Positions 45,383-55,067 of a DNA stretch of 64,000 bases are shown one piece after another; position 1 is the stretch's first letter; each line of letters opens with the position of its first letter. Under the pieces are notes generated by a model, which made no database searches, was not told the DNA's origin, and worked only from the letters and a program-made list of their open reading frames with translations. This DNA comes from a candidate division FCPU426 bacterium (GTDB taxonomy: Bacteria; Oederibacteriota; Muellerivitia; Muellerivitales; Muellerivitaceae): assembly GCA_963796105.1 (NCBI GenBank), contig CAWCKJ010000002.1, positions 128,001 to 192,000 of the forward strand, written 5' to 3'. The position numbers and the translations under genes are program-made.

Positions 45383-47059
45383 CTAGTTCAGGCGGGAATG
45401 GTCGTTCAGCGAGACCTCGCCGCTGGCCGCCAAGGGAACCTTGGCCCGCTTGGAACGGTGGCGGCGCCGAAGCAGGCTGGAAGTCAGGCGGGGAGAAGGA
45501 ATCCGGACGGGCTGGCTGTCAGTGGAGGGGACCGGCGCTGGTTTCAAAAAGGCGATCCGCTCCAGGGCCTCCCTCATGAACTCGCTCAACAAAACGTGGT
45601 ACTCCACGTCCAACTCATCCTCCACGGTGTGGGGTTCGAAGATCCAATTCGCGGCTCCCAAGGTGGGCTTGTGCTCGACGCGGTCCTTGAACACGCTGAA
45701 GTTTCCCGTCAGGATTTCCGTCTTGATCTCGGTCAAATATTGCTTTTGCTCGTGCATGGGCTTTTCCCAGAATGCGGCGCAGGGATACTGACCGGGTCCG
45801 GCTGGCACTTGGAGGCGGTAGGCTTGCACGCCGAATTCCAGGCAAACCTGGTTGATGAGCTGGAGCACGTCATCCTGGTGGATGACTAGGCCGAGTTTCG
45901 CTTTTTGCATGGAAATAAAATGGTGGGAGATCAGGAAATGAGGCCGCGTGAAATTGATGACATGCGGCTTCAGGAAGTCCAAAAAACCCAGGATGGGAAA
46001 GGAAAGGCCCAAGAGGGCTCCCGAAACAACCAAGAGCCAAGTGGCCCTCCCGAACTCGTGCCCGATAATGGCGAAGGCGCTCCAACCCGTGAGGAGGGTG
46101 AAGGACAGGGCGATCAGGCAGATCCATTTTTTCTGGAGGCCCAGGGCCAGCATGCGGTGATGCAGGTGGCCGCGGTCCGCGCGGCCGAGGGGACGCCCGT
46201 GAAGGGACCGGCGGGCGACCGTCAGGAGGATTTCCAGGGCCGGATAGGCAACCAGAAGAGTGAGCACGAAAACCTGGTAATGGAAGGGCTGTCCGGCGGT
46301 CTCGGGGTTATGGGCGATTCCGGGAAGCCAGTTATGGGTTTGGCCCAGGCCGATTAGCAAGCCGCCCAAAAGCATGGCCAAGCCGTTGGAGCCGCAATCC
46401 CCCAGGTAAATCTTGGCAGGGGCCCAGTTGAATTTCAGGAAACCCAGGACCGCGCCGAAAGCGGCCAGGCAAAGAAGCATTCCCCCCGGGTTGTCAGCCA
46501 GGGCGGAGGCCGCGCTCAGCGATAGGAGTGAACCCGCGAAAATGGTGGAGGCCAAGCCGTCCAATCCATCCACCATGTTGAAGGCGTTGATGACGGAAAG
46601 GAGCCAGAAAACCGTCAAGGGAACCGACATGAAACCCAGTGGAAAGGGAGGGAGGCCCGGGACGTGCATGACCTCGAAGCGGAAACCAAAAACAGCGAAA
46701 AGCGCCGTGAAAAAGACCTGCCCGATGAGCTTGTACCTGGCGCGGACCTGGTGAAGGTCGTCCCAAAGGCCCACAACGGCGAGCCCCAAACTGCAGGCCA
46801 GGATAATGGCGATTTTTTCGAAAGCCTGTGTTTCCATGTTGGACAAAAAGCCGAGGGCCCAAGCCAGAAAGAGGGAAAGGAGGATGGATGTGAAAACGGC
46901 CGCGCCGCCCAGGTAGGCGACGGCTTGGGAATGGTGCTTTCGGTGGCCCGGCTGGTCCAGCCAGCTGAAGCGGTGCGCCAGGCGGATGGCCAGGGGCGTC
47001 AGGATGAATCCTAACCCCAGGCTCGACAAGAAAATGAAAATATACTCGTTATAAATCAT
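45383..47059 (-). CDS. wecA: WecA/MraY-family UDP-GlcNAc:undecaprenyl-phosphate GlcNAc-1-P transferase with C-terminal extension
   Basis: D.PG.RKHH, GLWDD, NAFNMVDGLDGLA, NWAPAKIYLGDCG, DRGHLHHR. Confidence 0.9.
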   Translation of the reverse strand: MIYNEYIFIFLSSLGLGFILTPLAIRLAHRFSWLDQPGHRKHHSQAVAYLGGAAVFTSILLSLFLAWALGFLSNMETQAFEKIAIILACSLGLAVVGLWDDLHQVRARYKLIGQVFFTALFAVFGFRFEVMHVPGLPPFPLGFMSVPLTVFWLLSVINAFNMVDGLDGLASTIFAGSLLSLSAASALADNPGGMLLCLAAFGAVLGFLKFNWAPAKIYLGDCGSNGLAMLLGGLLIGLGQTHNWLPGIAHNPETAGQPFHYQVFVLTLLVAYPALEILLTVARRSLHGRPLGRADRGHLHHRMLALGLQKKWICLIALSFTLLTGWSAFAIIGHEFGRATWLLVVSGALLGLSFPILGFLDFLKPHVINFTRPHFLISHHFISMQKAKLGLVIHQDDVLQLINQVCLEFGVQAYRLQVPAGPGQYPCAAFWEKPMHEQKQYLTEIKTEILTGNFSVFKDRVEHKPTLGAANWIFEPHTVEDELDVEYHVLLSEFMREALERIAFLKPAPVPSTDSQPVRIPSPRLTSSLLRRRHRSKRAKVPLAASGEVSLNDHSRLN

Positions 47060-47085
47060 TCCAACTGCCTCTTCTCTTTCCTGGG

Positions 47086-47643
47086 TTACTTGCCGCCGAG
47101 GGTTTGCCCGATATTCCAGGTCACGCCAGCCTTGATCCCGACATCATGAAGGGGAGCGAGGAGAATGACCGGGGTGTAGATGTCGTACTTGAGGCCCAGG
47201 TCGAGCGCCATGCCGGGCCCGAGTACGAAGGCGCTGTAGCCGAGAGCCGCCCCACCGTGGAAGTTGCCGGGAGCCGAGTGGTTGAGGGAGTCTTGAATCA
47301 GGTTATAGCCGAACATTGGCTGGATGTAAAACTCGCCGCTGTTGTCAGAACCAAATGGAAAGATTTTCCCGCCTAAGTCAAAGGAGCAGGTCTGCCAGGA
47401 TCCTGTGAGGTAGTCCGCGAAGGAGAACCCCCCGCCAAAGGCGATGGACTCCAGGGGGCGCCAGTCCGCGAAAATGGAGCCGCCGACCCCGCTGGTGAGG
47501 CTGATGTTGGAAGGTCCTCCGAGGGCTCCCTGGCCCGACACGTCGAGGGTCAGGTTGTACTCCGAATAAGTCCCTGCTTGTGCGCTTTGGCCAGCGAGGG
47601 CCAGGAACGCGAAGGATGCGGCGATTCTCAAGAATTTTTTCAC
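47086..47643 (-). CDS. Small outer-membrane beta-barrel-like protein
   Basis: Signal peptide; alternating Gly/aromatic strands; homologous to domains in the two upstream genes. Confidence 0.65.
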   Translation of the reverse strand: MKKFLRIAASFAFLALAGQSAQAGTYSEYNLTLDVSGQGALGGPSNISLTSGVGGSIFADWRPLESIAFGGGFSFADYLTGSWQTCSFDLGGKIFPFGSDNSGEFYIQPMFGYNLIQDSLNHSAPGNFHGGAALGYSAFVLGPGMALDLGLKYDIYTPVILLAPLHDVGIKAGVTWNIGQTLGGK

Positions 47644-47780
47644 GACAATCTCCTTTTATTACACTTTTTTAAGATCCCCTACCAGCCCGGGGTTTTAATC
47701 AGGCCCCGGATTCAGAACCGTTCAGCACTGAAACTTATCTTCTACTTGTCCCTAAACCCTCCCCGGGTCGAAGCTGCGGG

Positions 47781-49427
47781 TTACTTGGTGTCGAACATCC
47801 AGGCTAAGCCCGCCTTGACGCCCATGTCGTAGAGGGGCGAGGAGGTGGCAGTCCTGCTGTAATAGTTCAACTGGAGGCCCAAGTCCAGGCCCATCGTGGG
47901 ACCGAAGACGAAGGCGCGGTATCCGCCGCCGGCAAACATGTGGTAATTCCCGGGCGTCATGTAGCTGAGGGATTGTGTGACCAGGTTAAAGCCAAGCCCA
48001 CCCATCAGGTAGCCCTCGCCGTCCCTGCCGGTTCCGAAGGGGAACAACCGACCTCCCAAATCCACTGGACCGACCTGCCAAGTCTTGCTTCCCGGGAAAT
48101 CAATGTAGTTGATACCAACCCCGAGTGAAATGTACTCGATGGGGCGGAAATCCGCGAAGAGCAAGCCCCCGAAACCGCCCGTGGAGCCCATGTTGGAGCT
48201 TCCAAAAGCGCCGTGACCTGTCACATCGAGGGTCAGGCTAAATTGGGAATTGAAGGAACTCCTTGAGGTTTTCCGGGACGCCACCTGAACTGGGGAAGAT
48301 TTTACCGGAGCGGCTGTGGGAACCGGGGTCGCGGGGGCTTTCGCCTGGGCTTGGGCGGCGGCCATTTGGGCCGGGGCGGCCGATTGGACCGGGGCGGTTG
48401 ATTGGGCCGGAGCGGCCGAAGAGGGAGCGGGGACCGAGGCCAAGGGGTTGGACTTGGGTTGGACAGTCACCCGGGCCAAGGGGTTGCCCCTTTCCAAAGC
48501 CGGAACCGATGAGTTGGAAACCGAGGGGACATTGGCGGCGGCCGGAGCCCTGGCCAGGGCCGGAGCGTTGACCGGCACTGAAGGCATGGAAGCCACTACG
48601 AAAGGCATGTAATTCAACCGGCCCAGGGCGGGGTTGCTGGTGTTGTCGTAAATGCCCCTCGCGATTTCCTGGGAGTTGGTGGCGTTGAAATTGTTGTTGG
48701 GAATGCCAAGGGGTTTCGCCGTTGAGTTCACGATATTGTATTTGAGGTTGTCATAAATCCGGTTCTCGGTGATGACCGGGGCCCCCATGGCTTTCATGTA
48801 AATCCCGTATTGGTTGCCGACGATGTCGTTGTTCTGGACGACCGGGCTGGCCGTGTCAGCCATCAGGACCATGCCGTAGCCGTTGCGCTTGATCTGGTTG
48901 CCGATGATTTTTGGCTGGGAGTTAGTGGAGACCTCGATGCCCCTCTTGCCCTCCGAGATCGAACAGGAGGTGATGGTGGGGGATGAATTGTTGCAGGATA
49001 TGCGGCCTCCGATGATCCTACAGCCGTCGAGCAAGGAATTGGCGGAATCACATTTGAAGAAATATAAAGCTCCCCAAGGTTTGCCGGCTTCCGCTGAGAC
49101 AAAGGTTATCCCTGCATCGTGGCTAGACACGGCCTTCAAGCCTCCCTCGATCACCAGGTTGGGGCCTGTCCCAGCCTTGTCGCCCGGCAAGGGGACGAAA
49201 CGCACTGTAACGCCTGGGTCAATGGTCAAGACGGCCCCGGGGGAGACGGTGATGTCGTTCTGGATCACGTAAGGGCTGTTTTCCGGGGTCCACTCGCTCG
49301 AGACGGTGATGTTATTCTGGACATAGGAGGGTCCGGCGGAGACAGGCTTGCGGGATAAAACCGCCGCCAGACTAACTCCGATCAAAAGTACCAAGCCGAC
49401 AAAAATGAGGATGTCCCTGAGTTTCAT
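47781..49427 (-). CDS. Parallel beta-helix domain + Ala/Pro linker + C-terminal beta-barrel protein
   Basis: WT..NSPY, LTIDPGV.V.F, repeated I..N.I..N..GI; C-terminal domain like 47086..47643. Confidence 0.7.
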   Translation of the reverse strand: MKLRDILIFVGLVLLIGVSLAAVLSRKPVSAGPSYVQNNITVSSEWTPENSPYVIQNDITVSPGAVLTIDPGVTVRFVPLPGDKAGTGPNLVIEGGLKAVSSHDAGITFVSAEAGKPWGALYFFKCDSANSLLDGCRIIGGRISCNNSSPTITSCSISEGKRGIEVSTNSQPKIIGNQIKRNGYGMVLMADTASPVVQNNDIVGNQYGIYMKAMGAPVITENRIYDNLKYNIVNSTAKPLGIPNNNFNATNSQEIARGIYDNTSNPALGRLNYMPFVVASMPSVPVNAPALARAPAAANVPSVSNSSVPALERGNPLARVTVQPKSNPLASVPAPSSAAPAQSTAPVQSAAPAQMAAAQAQAKAPATPVPTAAPVKSSPVQVASRKTSRSSFNSQFSLTLDVTGHGAFGSSNMGSTGGFGGLLFADFRPIEYISLGVGINYIDFPGSKTWQVGPVDLGGRLFPFGTGRDGEGYLMGGLGFNLVTQSLSYMTPGNYHMFAGGGYRAFVFGPTMGLDLGLQLNYYSRTATSSPLYDMGVKAGLAWMFDTK

Positions 49428-49771
49428 TTACTACGCTCCTTAAAATTAAAAATTACATCCATCACTATTCGATAAAGTGATTTTGATCCGATCTCGTTTA
49501 TAAATTGTTTAAGAGGTTAGTATTGTAAATAAACGAGGTATAATGATTTGAAAATATTAGGTTTCTACTGAGTTAACCCTTTAACCTTCATGTGTTTTTA
49601 AATTATAGTCAAACATTCCTTTTTGGGAACTCATTTGTGAAATATTTTGTTTTTGCGAGAAAAATACTTAAAAAAACAGGGTTTTGAAGGTTTTGGTTAA
49701 GGGGGAACTTTGTTTAAAGAATATTTAAGACGCTCCAAGGGTGGTGAACCCGGCGCCGGAGGCGGGTTTGG

Positions 49772-51013
49772 TTATTCGGAAGGTTTGAGGTATTTCCTGG
49801 CGGTTTTAGTATTGGGAAAGATTCGAAGGGCCTCACGGTAATTAATTTGAGCTGCCTTGGGCTGGTGGAGGTAGAACTGGCAGGTCAAACCCAGCATGGT
49901 GTAAATCTCGGCCGTAAAGGAATTCGGGACCTTCGGACTTTTTTCACGCAGGGCCTTCTTAAAAAGACTGGCGGCCTTTTTGAAATGTTTTTTCCTGTAA
50001 GCCTCGATACCCGCGTCAAAATCAGCCATCATCCGCACCGACCCGATATATTTCCTGGCCGTACCGGTCAAGGGGTCGATTTTCAAGGCCAACCGGTAGT
50101 ATTTGGCGGCCTTGGCCGCCTGGAGCAAGTTGAATTCGTACATCAAGCCAACCATGGCATAGGCTTCAGCCCTGTAGTAACTCGGAACGGAGGAATCCTT
50201 CATCCGCGTTGACTTCAATAAACACTCGATTGATTTGGAATAGGATTTTTCATGGTAAGCCTGGATGCCCCGTTTATAAGCCCCCAACAATGACGTTGGA
50301 CTGGCCTGAGGAACTTCGGCCGCCGCGACACTGGGCCCATTCGCGGTTTCCGGCTTGGCTGATGAGTTCTCAAGGTTGACCTCGACGGCCTCCGCCCCTT
50401 CCGGCTCCATGGAAGCCGCAGGTGTTTTTTCGGCGGGGGCTTGGGCTGTCTTTTTAACAGGTTCTCCCGCGGAGTTCTTGGTCCCAAAGAAGAAGGTCAG
50501 ACCCGCCTTGATTCCGGCGTCATAGAGGGGCGGGAGGTTGGCCAAACGGGAGTAATAGTCGCATTGGGCGCCCAGGTCCAAGGCCATGTCAGGGCCGAAG
50601 ATGAAAGCCCGATAGCCGGCCCCGAGATACATGTGGTAATCGCCGGAGGTCTTAGCGGATGAGGACAGGCTCAAGAGATTGTAGCCAAAGCCGCCCTGCA
50701 GGTAAACCTCGCCGGACTTGGACGAGCCGAAGGGGAAGATTCTTGCGCCCAGGTCAAAGGGGGCGATCTGCCAATTGTTGGTACCTGGAAAATTCAAGTA
50801 ATTGACTCCGATCCCGAGGGAATAATACGCAGTGGGCCGCCAGTCGGCAAAGAGGGATCCTCCGACTCCGCTGGAAAAATTAAGATTGGAGGCGTTGTTG
50901 AAACCCTCGCGCCCAGTCGCGTCCAGGGTTAGGCTGAAGGGAGAATAGGAACCGGAGTCAGCGGCAGCTGGGATTGTCAGAAGGAGAAGGGAGGCGGCGA
51001 GGTAAGGTCGCAA
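49772..51013 (-). CDS. N-terminal beta-barrel + C-terminal TPR-like repeat protein
   Basis: Barrel domain as in neighbours; two G..AY....Y..A...AE.Y.MLG..Y...A..YY..AL.I.P units. Confidence 0.7.
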   Translation of the reverse strand: MRPYLAASLLLLTIPAAADSGSYSPFSLTLDATGREGFNNASNLNFSSGVGGSLFADWRPTAYYSLGIGVNYLNFPGTNNWQIAPFDLGARIFPFGSSKSGEVYLQGGFGYNLLSLSSSAKTSGDYHMYLGAGYRAFIFGPDMALDLGAQCDYYSRLANLPPLYDAGIKAGLTFFFGTKNSAGEPVKKTAQAPAEKTPAASMEPEGAEAVEVNLENSSAKPETANGPSVAAAEVPQASPTSLLGAYKRGIQAYHEKSYSKSIECLLKSTRMKDSSVPSYYRAEAYAMVGLMYEFNLLQAAKAAKYYRLALKIDPLTGTARKYIGSVRMMADFDAGIEAYRKKHFKKAASLFKKALREKSPKVPNSFTAEIYTMLGLTCQFYLHQPKAAQINYREALRIFPNTKTARKYLKPSE

Positions 51014-51833
51014 ATGATTCTTCAGGATGAACTCCTTAAACTAAAACCCGTCAATAAATCCAGACGACGGCTTTGTGACAGGGGCCGAAACACGGCTGTT
51101 GATTTTGGCAAATGGTTAATTCTATTGGGGAAACCATTTAACTAATCGTGTTTTGCTGATTATATTGACAAGATAAAAAAGCACAATATTTTTTTAAATT
51201 ATGATCAATACCAGGGGACAGGCAAGTTCACGAGAAAAATAAGCAACAACATAAACCTCATGTGGCCAAATGGAACCGTTTTTCACACTTTTGAGCTGGT
51301 TTTTTTATTTTTACTTTGAAAGGCGGATGGGCGGGAGCATGGAATCGCGGGCCTCTTTCGCGGTCCGGACCGGCCCTCCGGCCGGCCCGCAACCCAGTTT
51401 CGGATCTCCCGGGGCGGAGGGAATCCAGACGGCTTATTCCTCGGATATTCCCACCGGAAAATTCCGGAAGCTGACCCCAACCGGGACCTCGCGGGTTTCC
51501 CAGCACTCCCCTGTTTAACCCCTTCAATTCGGTATCTCTTTGAAACCACTATTGCTATTTTTTCCGTAACAGGGTTAGGGTATGCGCGGTTGATCCCATC
51601 AAAAAAACGGAGCCAAATCCATGGATCGAATCAAGCACCTTTTGTTCATTTATCAGTCCCCGGATAAACCCCGCGCCAAGCGGACGAAAAAACTGAGGGT
51701 TCTCGGGACCCAGGGAGCGGCCGCCGTGAAAAAGCGGAGAAAAAAACTGGCGGGAAGCGAGAATTAAGAAGTTCCCGACGCCGCAAGACTTCGGAATTGA
51801 ACGAACAACATCAAAGTGATCCGTTAAAGGCAT

Positions 51834-52355
51834 TTGGATGCCAAACGGACCTCGCATCACTTGATTCGAGGATTGCGCATGAGGGATCGAAAAGACATTA
51901 AGGAAGTAGCTTTCAATAGGATATTGAATGCGCCCAGAGAGCTAGTGTTCATGGTCTGGACGGAACCAGACCGGTTGAGGCAGTGGTGGGGACCAGCGGG
52001 ATTCACCAATCCTGTTTGCGAGGTTGACCTGAGGCCGGGAGGATCGATACTAATTCATATGAGGGGACCTGACGGAACCGTTTATCCCATGACGGGAATT
52101 TTCAAGGAAATTGCCCCGCCTGGGAGGCTGGCCTTCACCAGTTCCGCGTTAGATGACCAGGGGATGCCCCTTTTCGAGGTTTTAACCACCGCGATTTTCA
52201 CTGAAGACGGGAAAAAGACCCTTCTTTCACTCAGCCAGTGTGTTATTCACGCGACCGCGGGGGCTACCCGTCATTTAGCCGGCATGGAGTTGGGCTGGAC
52301 CCAAGGCCTGGACCGATTGTCGGAGCATATCGCGAATGGGAAAGGCCCGGCCTAA
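51834..52355 (+). CDS. SRPBCC/AHSA1 START-like protein
   Basis: R.LNAPRELVF.VWTEP..L.QWWGP.GF, DLRPGG, GW...LDRL; start probably at the second Met. Confidence 0.88.
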   Translation: MDAKRTSHHLIRGLRMRDRKDIKEVAFNRILNAPRELVFMVWTEPDRLRQWWGPAGFTNPVCEVDLRPGGSILIHMRGPDGTVYPMTGIFKEIAPPGRLAFTSSALDDQGMPLFEVLTTAIFTEDGKKTLLSLSQCVIHATAGATRHLAGMELGWTQGLDRLSEHIANGKGPA

Positions 52356-52459
52356 AATGGCGCAGGTTTCATGGGCCGATTCCACGGTCATTTCCCGGGT
52401 TGCCTCTGGTCGCAAGTGTGGATAAGCTATAAGTATTAAATGACAGCATCAGCCCGAGG

Positions 52460-53686
52460 GTGAAGATGTTTCGTTTTCCTTTCCTTGCCGCATTACTCCC
52501 CCTGTTCTTGTACGCGCTTCTTCCTATCGCCTGCAATGACAACCCCACCTCGGCCCCGATCCGCTATCTTCCCACCCCCACGAGCGTCTGCTATCCGCTG
52601 ACCTGCACGCCGACCATTACCTTTTCCCCGACTCAGACCCCGACGCTTACTCCTTCTCTCACCCCTTGCGGGTATCCCGGAAACACCTGCACGCCTAACC
52701 CGACCAACAGCGGGTACGTGTCCACCCTGGCTGGCTCGGCGGGAGTCAGCGGTTTTTACAACGCTCAGGGGACGAACGCGACTTTCAACTACCCGGAGGG
52801 CGCCGCAGCCGACTCCTCAGGAAACGTTTATATCGCGGACTGGGCCAACCACGCGATCCGGAAAATCGCGCTGGGCGGCCAAGTCTCAACGCTGGCGGGA
52901 AACGGGCTGTCAGGGTCGGAGGACGGGAAGGGCGTTTCCGCGTCATTCGATTATCCCTCGGGAGTCGCGGTGGATTTATCAGGGAATGTCTATGTCGCGG
53001 ACACTTACAACCAATTGATCCGGAAAATCAACTCCGGGGGCCAGGTGTCAACCCTTGCCGGTGTGGCGGGCGTATCCGGGCACACCAACGGGCAAGGCGC
53101 CACGGCGACTTTCAATTATCCGGTGGGAATCGCGGTGGATTCCTCGGGGAATGTCTATGTCGCGGACACCTCCAACCAATTGATCCGTGAAATCACTTCC
53201 GGGGGTGTTGTATCCACCCTGGCCGGGAAGGGAACCAGCGGAAGCGCGAATGGACCGGCCACAGCCGCGACTTTTTACAATCCTCAGGGAATCGCGGTGG
53301 ATTCCTCGGGAAATGTCTATGTCGCGGACACTTATAACAACATGATCCGTGAGATAACGCCAGGGGGGACGGTATCCACCCTGGCTGGTTCAGTCACGGC
53401 GGGATTCAACAACGCGACCGGATCCGCGGCTAAGTTTCATAGTCCAGTGGGTATCGCAGTTGATTTATACGGGGTGGTTTATGTCGCGGATTCATTCAAC
53501 AACATGATCCGGCAGATTGCTCCGGGGGGAGCGGTTTCGACCTTAGCGGGCACCGGATCCGGCGGTTCCGGAAACGGGCCCGGGACGAGCGCGACATTTT
53601 ATAATCCGGAAGGAGTAGCCGTTGATCCGTCCAGGATTGTTTACGTCGGGGACACCGACAATGATTTGGTTCGGATGATTCAATAA
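52460..53686 (+). CDS. NHL-repeat beta-propeller lipoprotein with short Thr/Pro stalk
   Basis: Lipobox-like PIAC; six F..P.G.AVD.SGNVYVAD..N..IR.I...G.VSTLAG repeats. Confidence 0.88.
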   Translation: MKMFRFPFLAALLPLFLYALLPIACNDNPTSAPIRYLPTPTSVCYPLTCTPTITFSPTQTPTLTPSLTPCGYPGNTCTPNPTNSGYVSTLAGSAGVSGFYNAQGTNATFNYPEGAAADSSGNVYIADWANHAIRKIALGGQVSTLAGNGLSGSEDGKGVSASFDYPSGVAVDLSGNVYVADTYNQLIRKINSGGQVSTLAGVAGVSGHTNGQGATATFNYPVGIAVDSSGNVYVADTSNQLIREITSGGVVSTLAGKGTSGSANGPATAATFYNPQGIAVDSSGNVYVADTYNNMIREITPGGTVSTLAGSVTAGFNNATGSAAKFHSPVGIAVDLYGVVYVADSFNNMIRQIAPGGAVSTLAGTGSGGSGNGPGTSATFYNPEGVAVDPSRIVYVGDTDNDLVRMIQ

Positions 53687-53974
53687 ATTAAAACGACCTA
53701 TTTATCCCCTCATTCCCAGCTGGGTGGTCCGGACTGCAATTCCATCAAGAACCATCCTTTTATGTGAATTATAAATGGTTTGTTTTGTATTGTTTTCATA
53801 GCAAATTGGTAACCAGAAGTAACCAAATGATTTATACCCAAAATGAGGTAAAAACACGGGATGAAATCAAAATGTGCAAAATGAAGCCACGGTAGCGCTT
53901 TTTTCTGTTTCCGCGAAGTTTAGTTAAATTTTCGTAAAATCTCAGACGTGAAGGTTTTCCGTTTACCTTTTTCA

Positions 53975-54003
53975 TTGACTGAAGTTTTTTTAAAAAGTAA
54001 TAT
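53975..54003 (+). promoter_or_regulatory. Putative sigma70 promoter
   Basis: TTGACT-N17-TAATAT just upstream of 54021. Confidence 0.4.
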
Positions 54004-54020
54004 GCGAAAACACTCTACCT

Positions 54021-55064
54021 TTGCCCACCCATTTATCCCTCAGCTTGGAAAATAATTTGCGACAGAAACTTTCAACCTCTTTGGTCAACCTTCGCTTGCT
54101 CTTCGTTTTTTTCCTAGCGGCTGGTTCCTTCTATTGCTTTTTCTTCCTATCCATAGCCAAAGCACAAGCTGCGGATGACGCTTCCAAGGCTGGCGCAAGT
54201 GTTTCACCCCAACCTGGGATGGTGGACTTATATAGGAAAGCTACCGATGCTTATAAAGGCAAAGATTTTGAGACAGCCTTAAACGATTACAAACAGGCTT
54301 TGGCCATCCAGGATCCCAAGGTCAAGCCCCTTTATTACGCCGAGTCCAACGCCATGCTTGGAGCGATTTACGAGTATTACCGCCAAGAGCCGGGCCATTT
54401 GGAAAAGGCCCTGAAGTATTACATGGAAGCCCTCAAAATAGACTCTGCCAATTTCATCGCCAATAAGCATTTGAAACCCCTGGAGGTCAAGATCAAGAAG
54501 GCCCAAGAGCAAGCCCCGGTTTCCATGGTGAAAGCCGAAGCGACGACTCCGATGGCTCAGTCCTCATCGCTGAGCTCACCCACAGTTAGGCTGGCGGGGA
54601 ACACTACGGTCCGCCAGGCCGTCAGGAACGCCGTGCCGTCACCGAAATCCAACTCGAACATCAACTCAGGTTTGAGTATCGGCGTGGGTTATCCCTACTT
54701 CAGCTTGAAATATTATTTCGACCAGGATTTCGGGACCGAGTTCAGGTTCGCGTTCGGCGACGGCATCAACGTTTTCGCGGGAAGGGGCTACTGGAGTTTC
54801 GAGAAGATCAGCGACTTCAGCCTTTTCACGGGATTGGAAGCCGGTTACATCACCTTCAACACGATGAACTCGGACAACACCATGAGAGTCAACGGGACGG
54901 GATACGAGTTCTCCCCGTTCGTCGGTGCTGAGTACTTCCTGGACAAGAAAATCTCCTTCATGATTGATTTCGGAATGCCGGTCATTGGGGTGACTTCCCG
55001 GGACATCAGCCTGGGCGGTATCGAATGGGTTACCAACGGCGCTTTATATTTCTATCCCTTTTAA
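54021..55064 (+). CDS. TPR + C-terminal outer-membrane beta-barrel protein
   Basis: Signal/TM segment, TPR unit like that of 49772..51013, barrel strands ending in YFYPF. Confidence 0.72.
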   Translation: MPTHLSLSLENNLRQKLSTSLVNLRLLFVFFLAAGSFYCFFFLSIAKAQAADDASKAGASVSPQPGMVDLYRKATDAYKGKDFETALNDYKQALAIQDPKVKPLYYAESNAMLGAIYEYYRQEPGHLEKALKYYMEALKIDSANFIANKHLKPLEVKIKKAQEQAPVSMVKAEATTPMAQSSSLSSPTVRLAGNTTVRQAVRNAVPSPKSNSNINSGLSIGVGYPYFSLKYYFDQDFGTEFRFAFGDGINVFAGRGYWSFEKISDFSLFTGLEAGYITFNTMNSDNTMRVNGTGYEFSPFVGAEYFLDKKISFMIDFGMPVIGVTSRDISLGGIEWVTNGALYFYPF

Positions 55065-55067
55065 GGA

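Noticed and set aside
51050..51830. Riboswitch or small CDS in this intergenic region
   Set aside because: Only fragmentary resemblance to c-di-GMP-I motifs; the overlapping short ORFs lack support.
53887..53900. ops/JUMPstart element
   Set aside because: CACGGTAGCG deviates from GGCGGTAG and is not upstream of the glycan operon.
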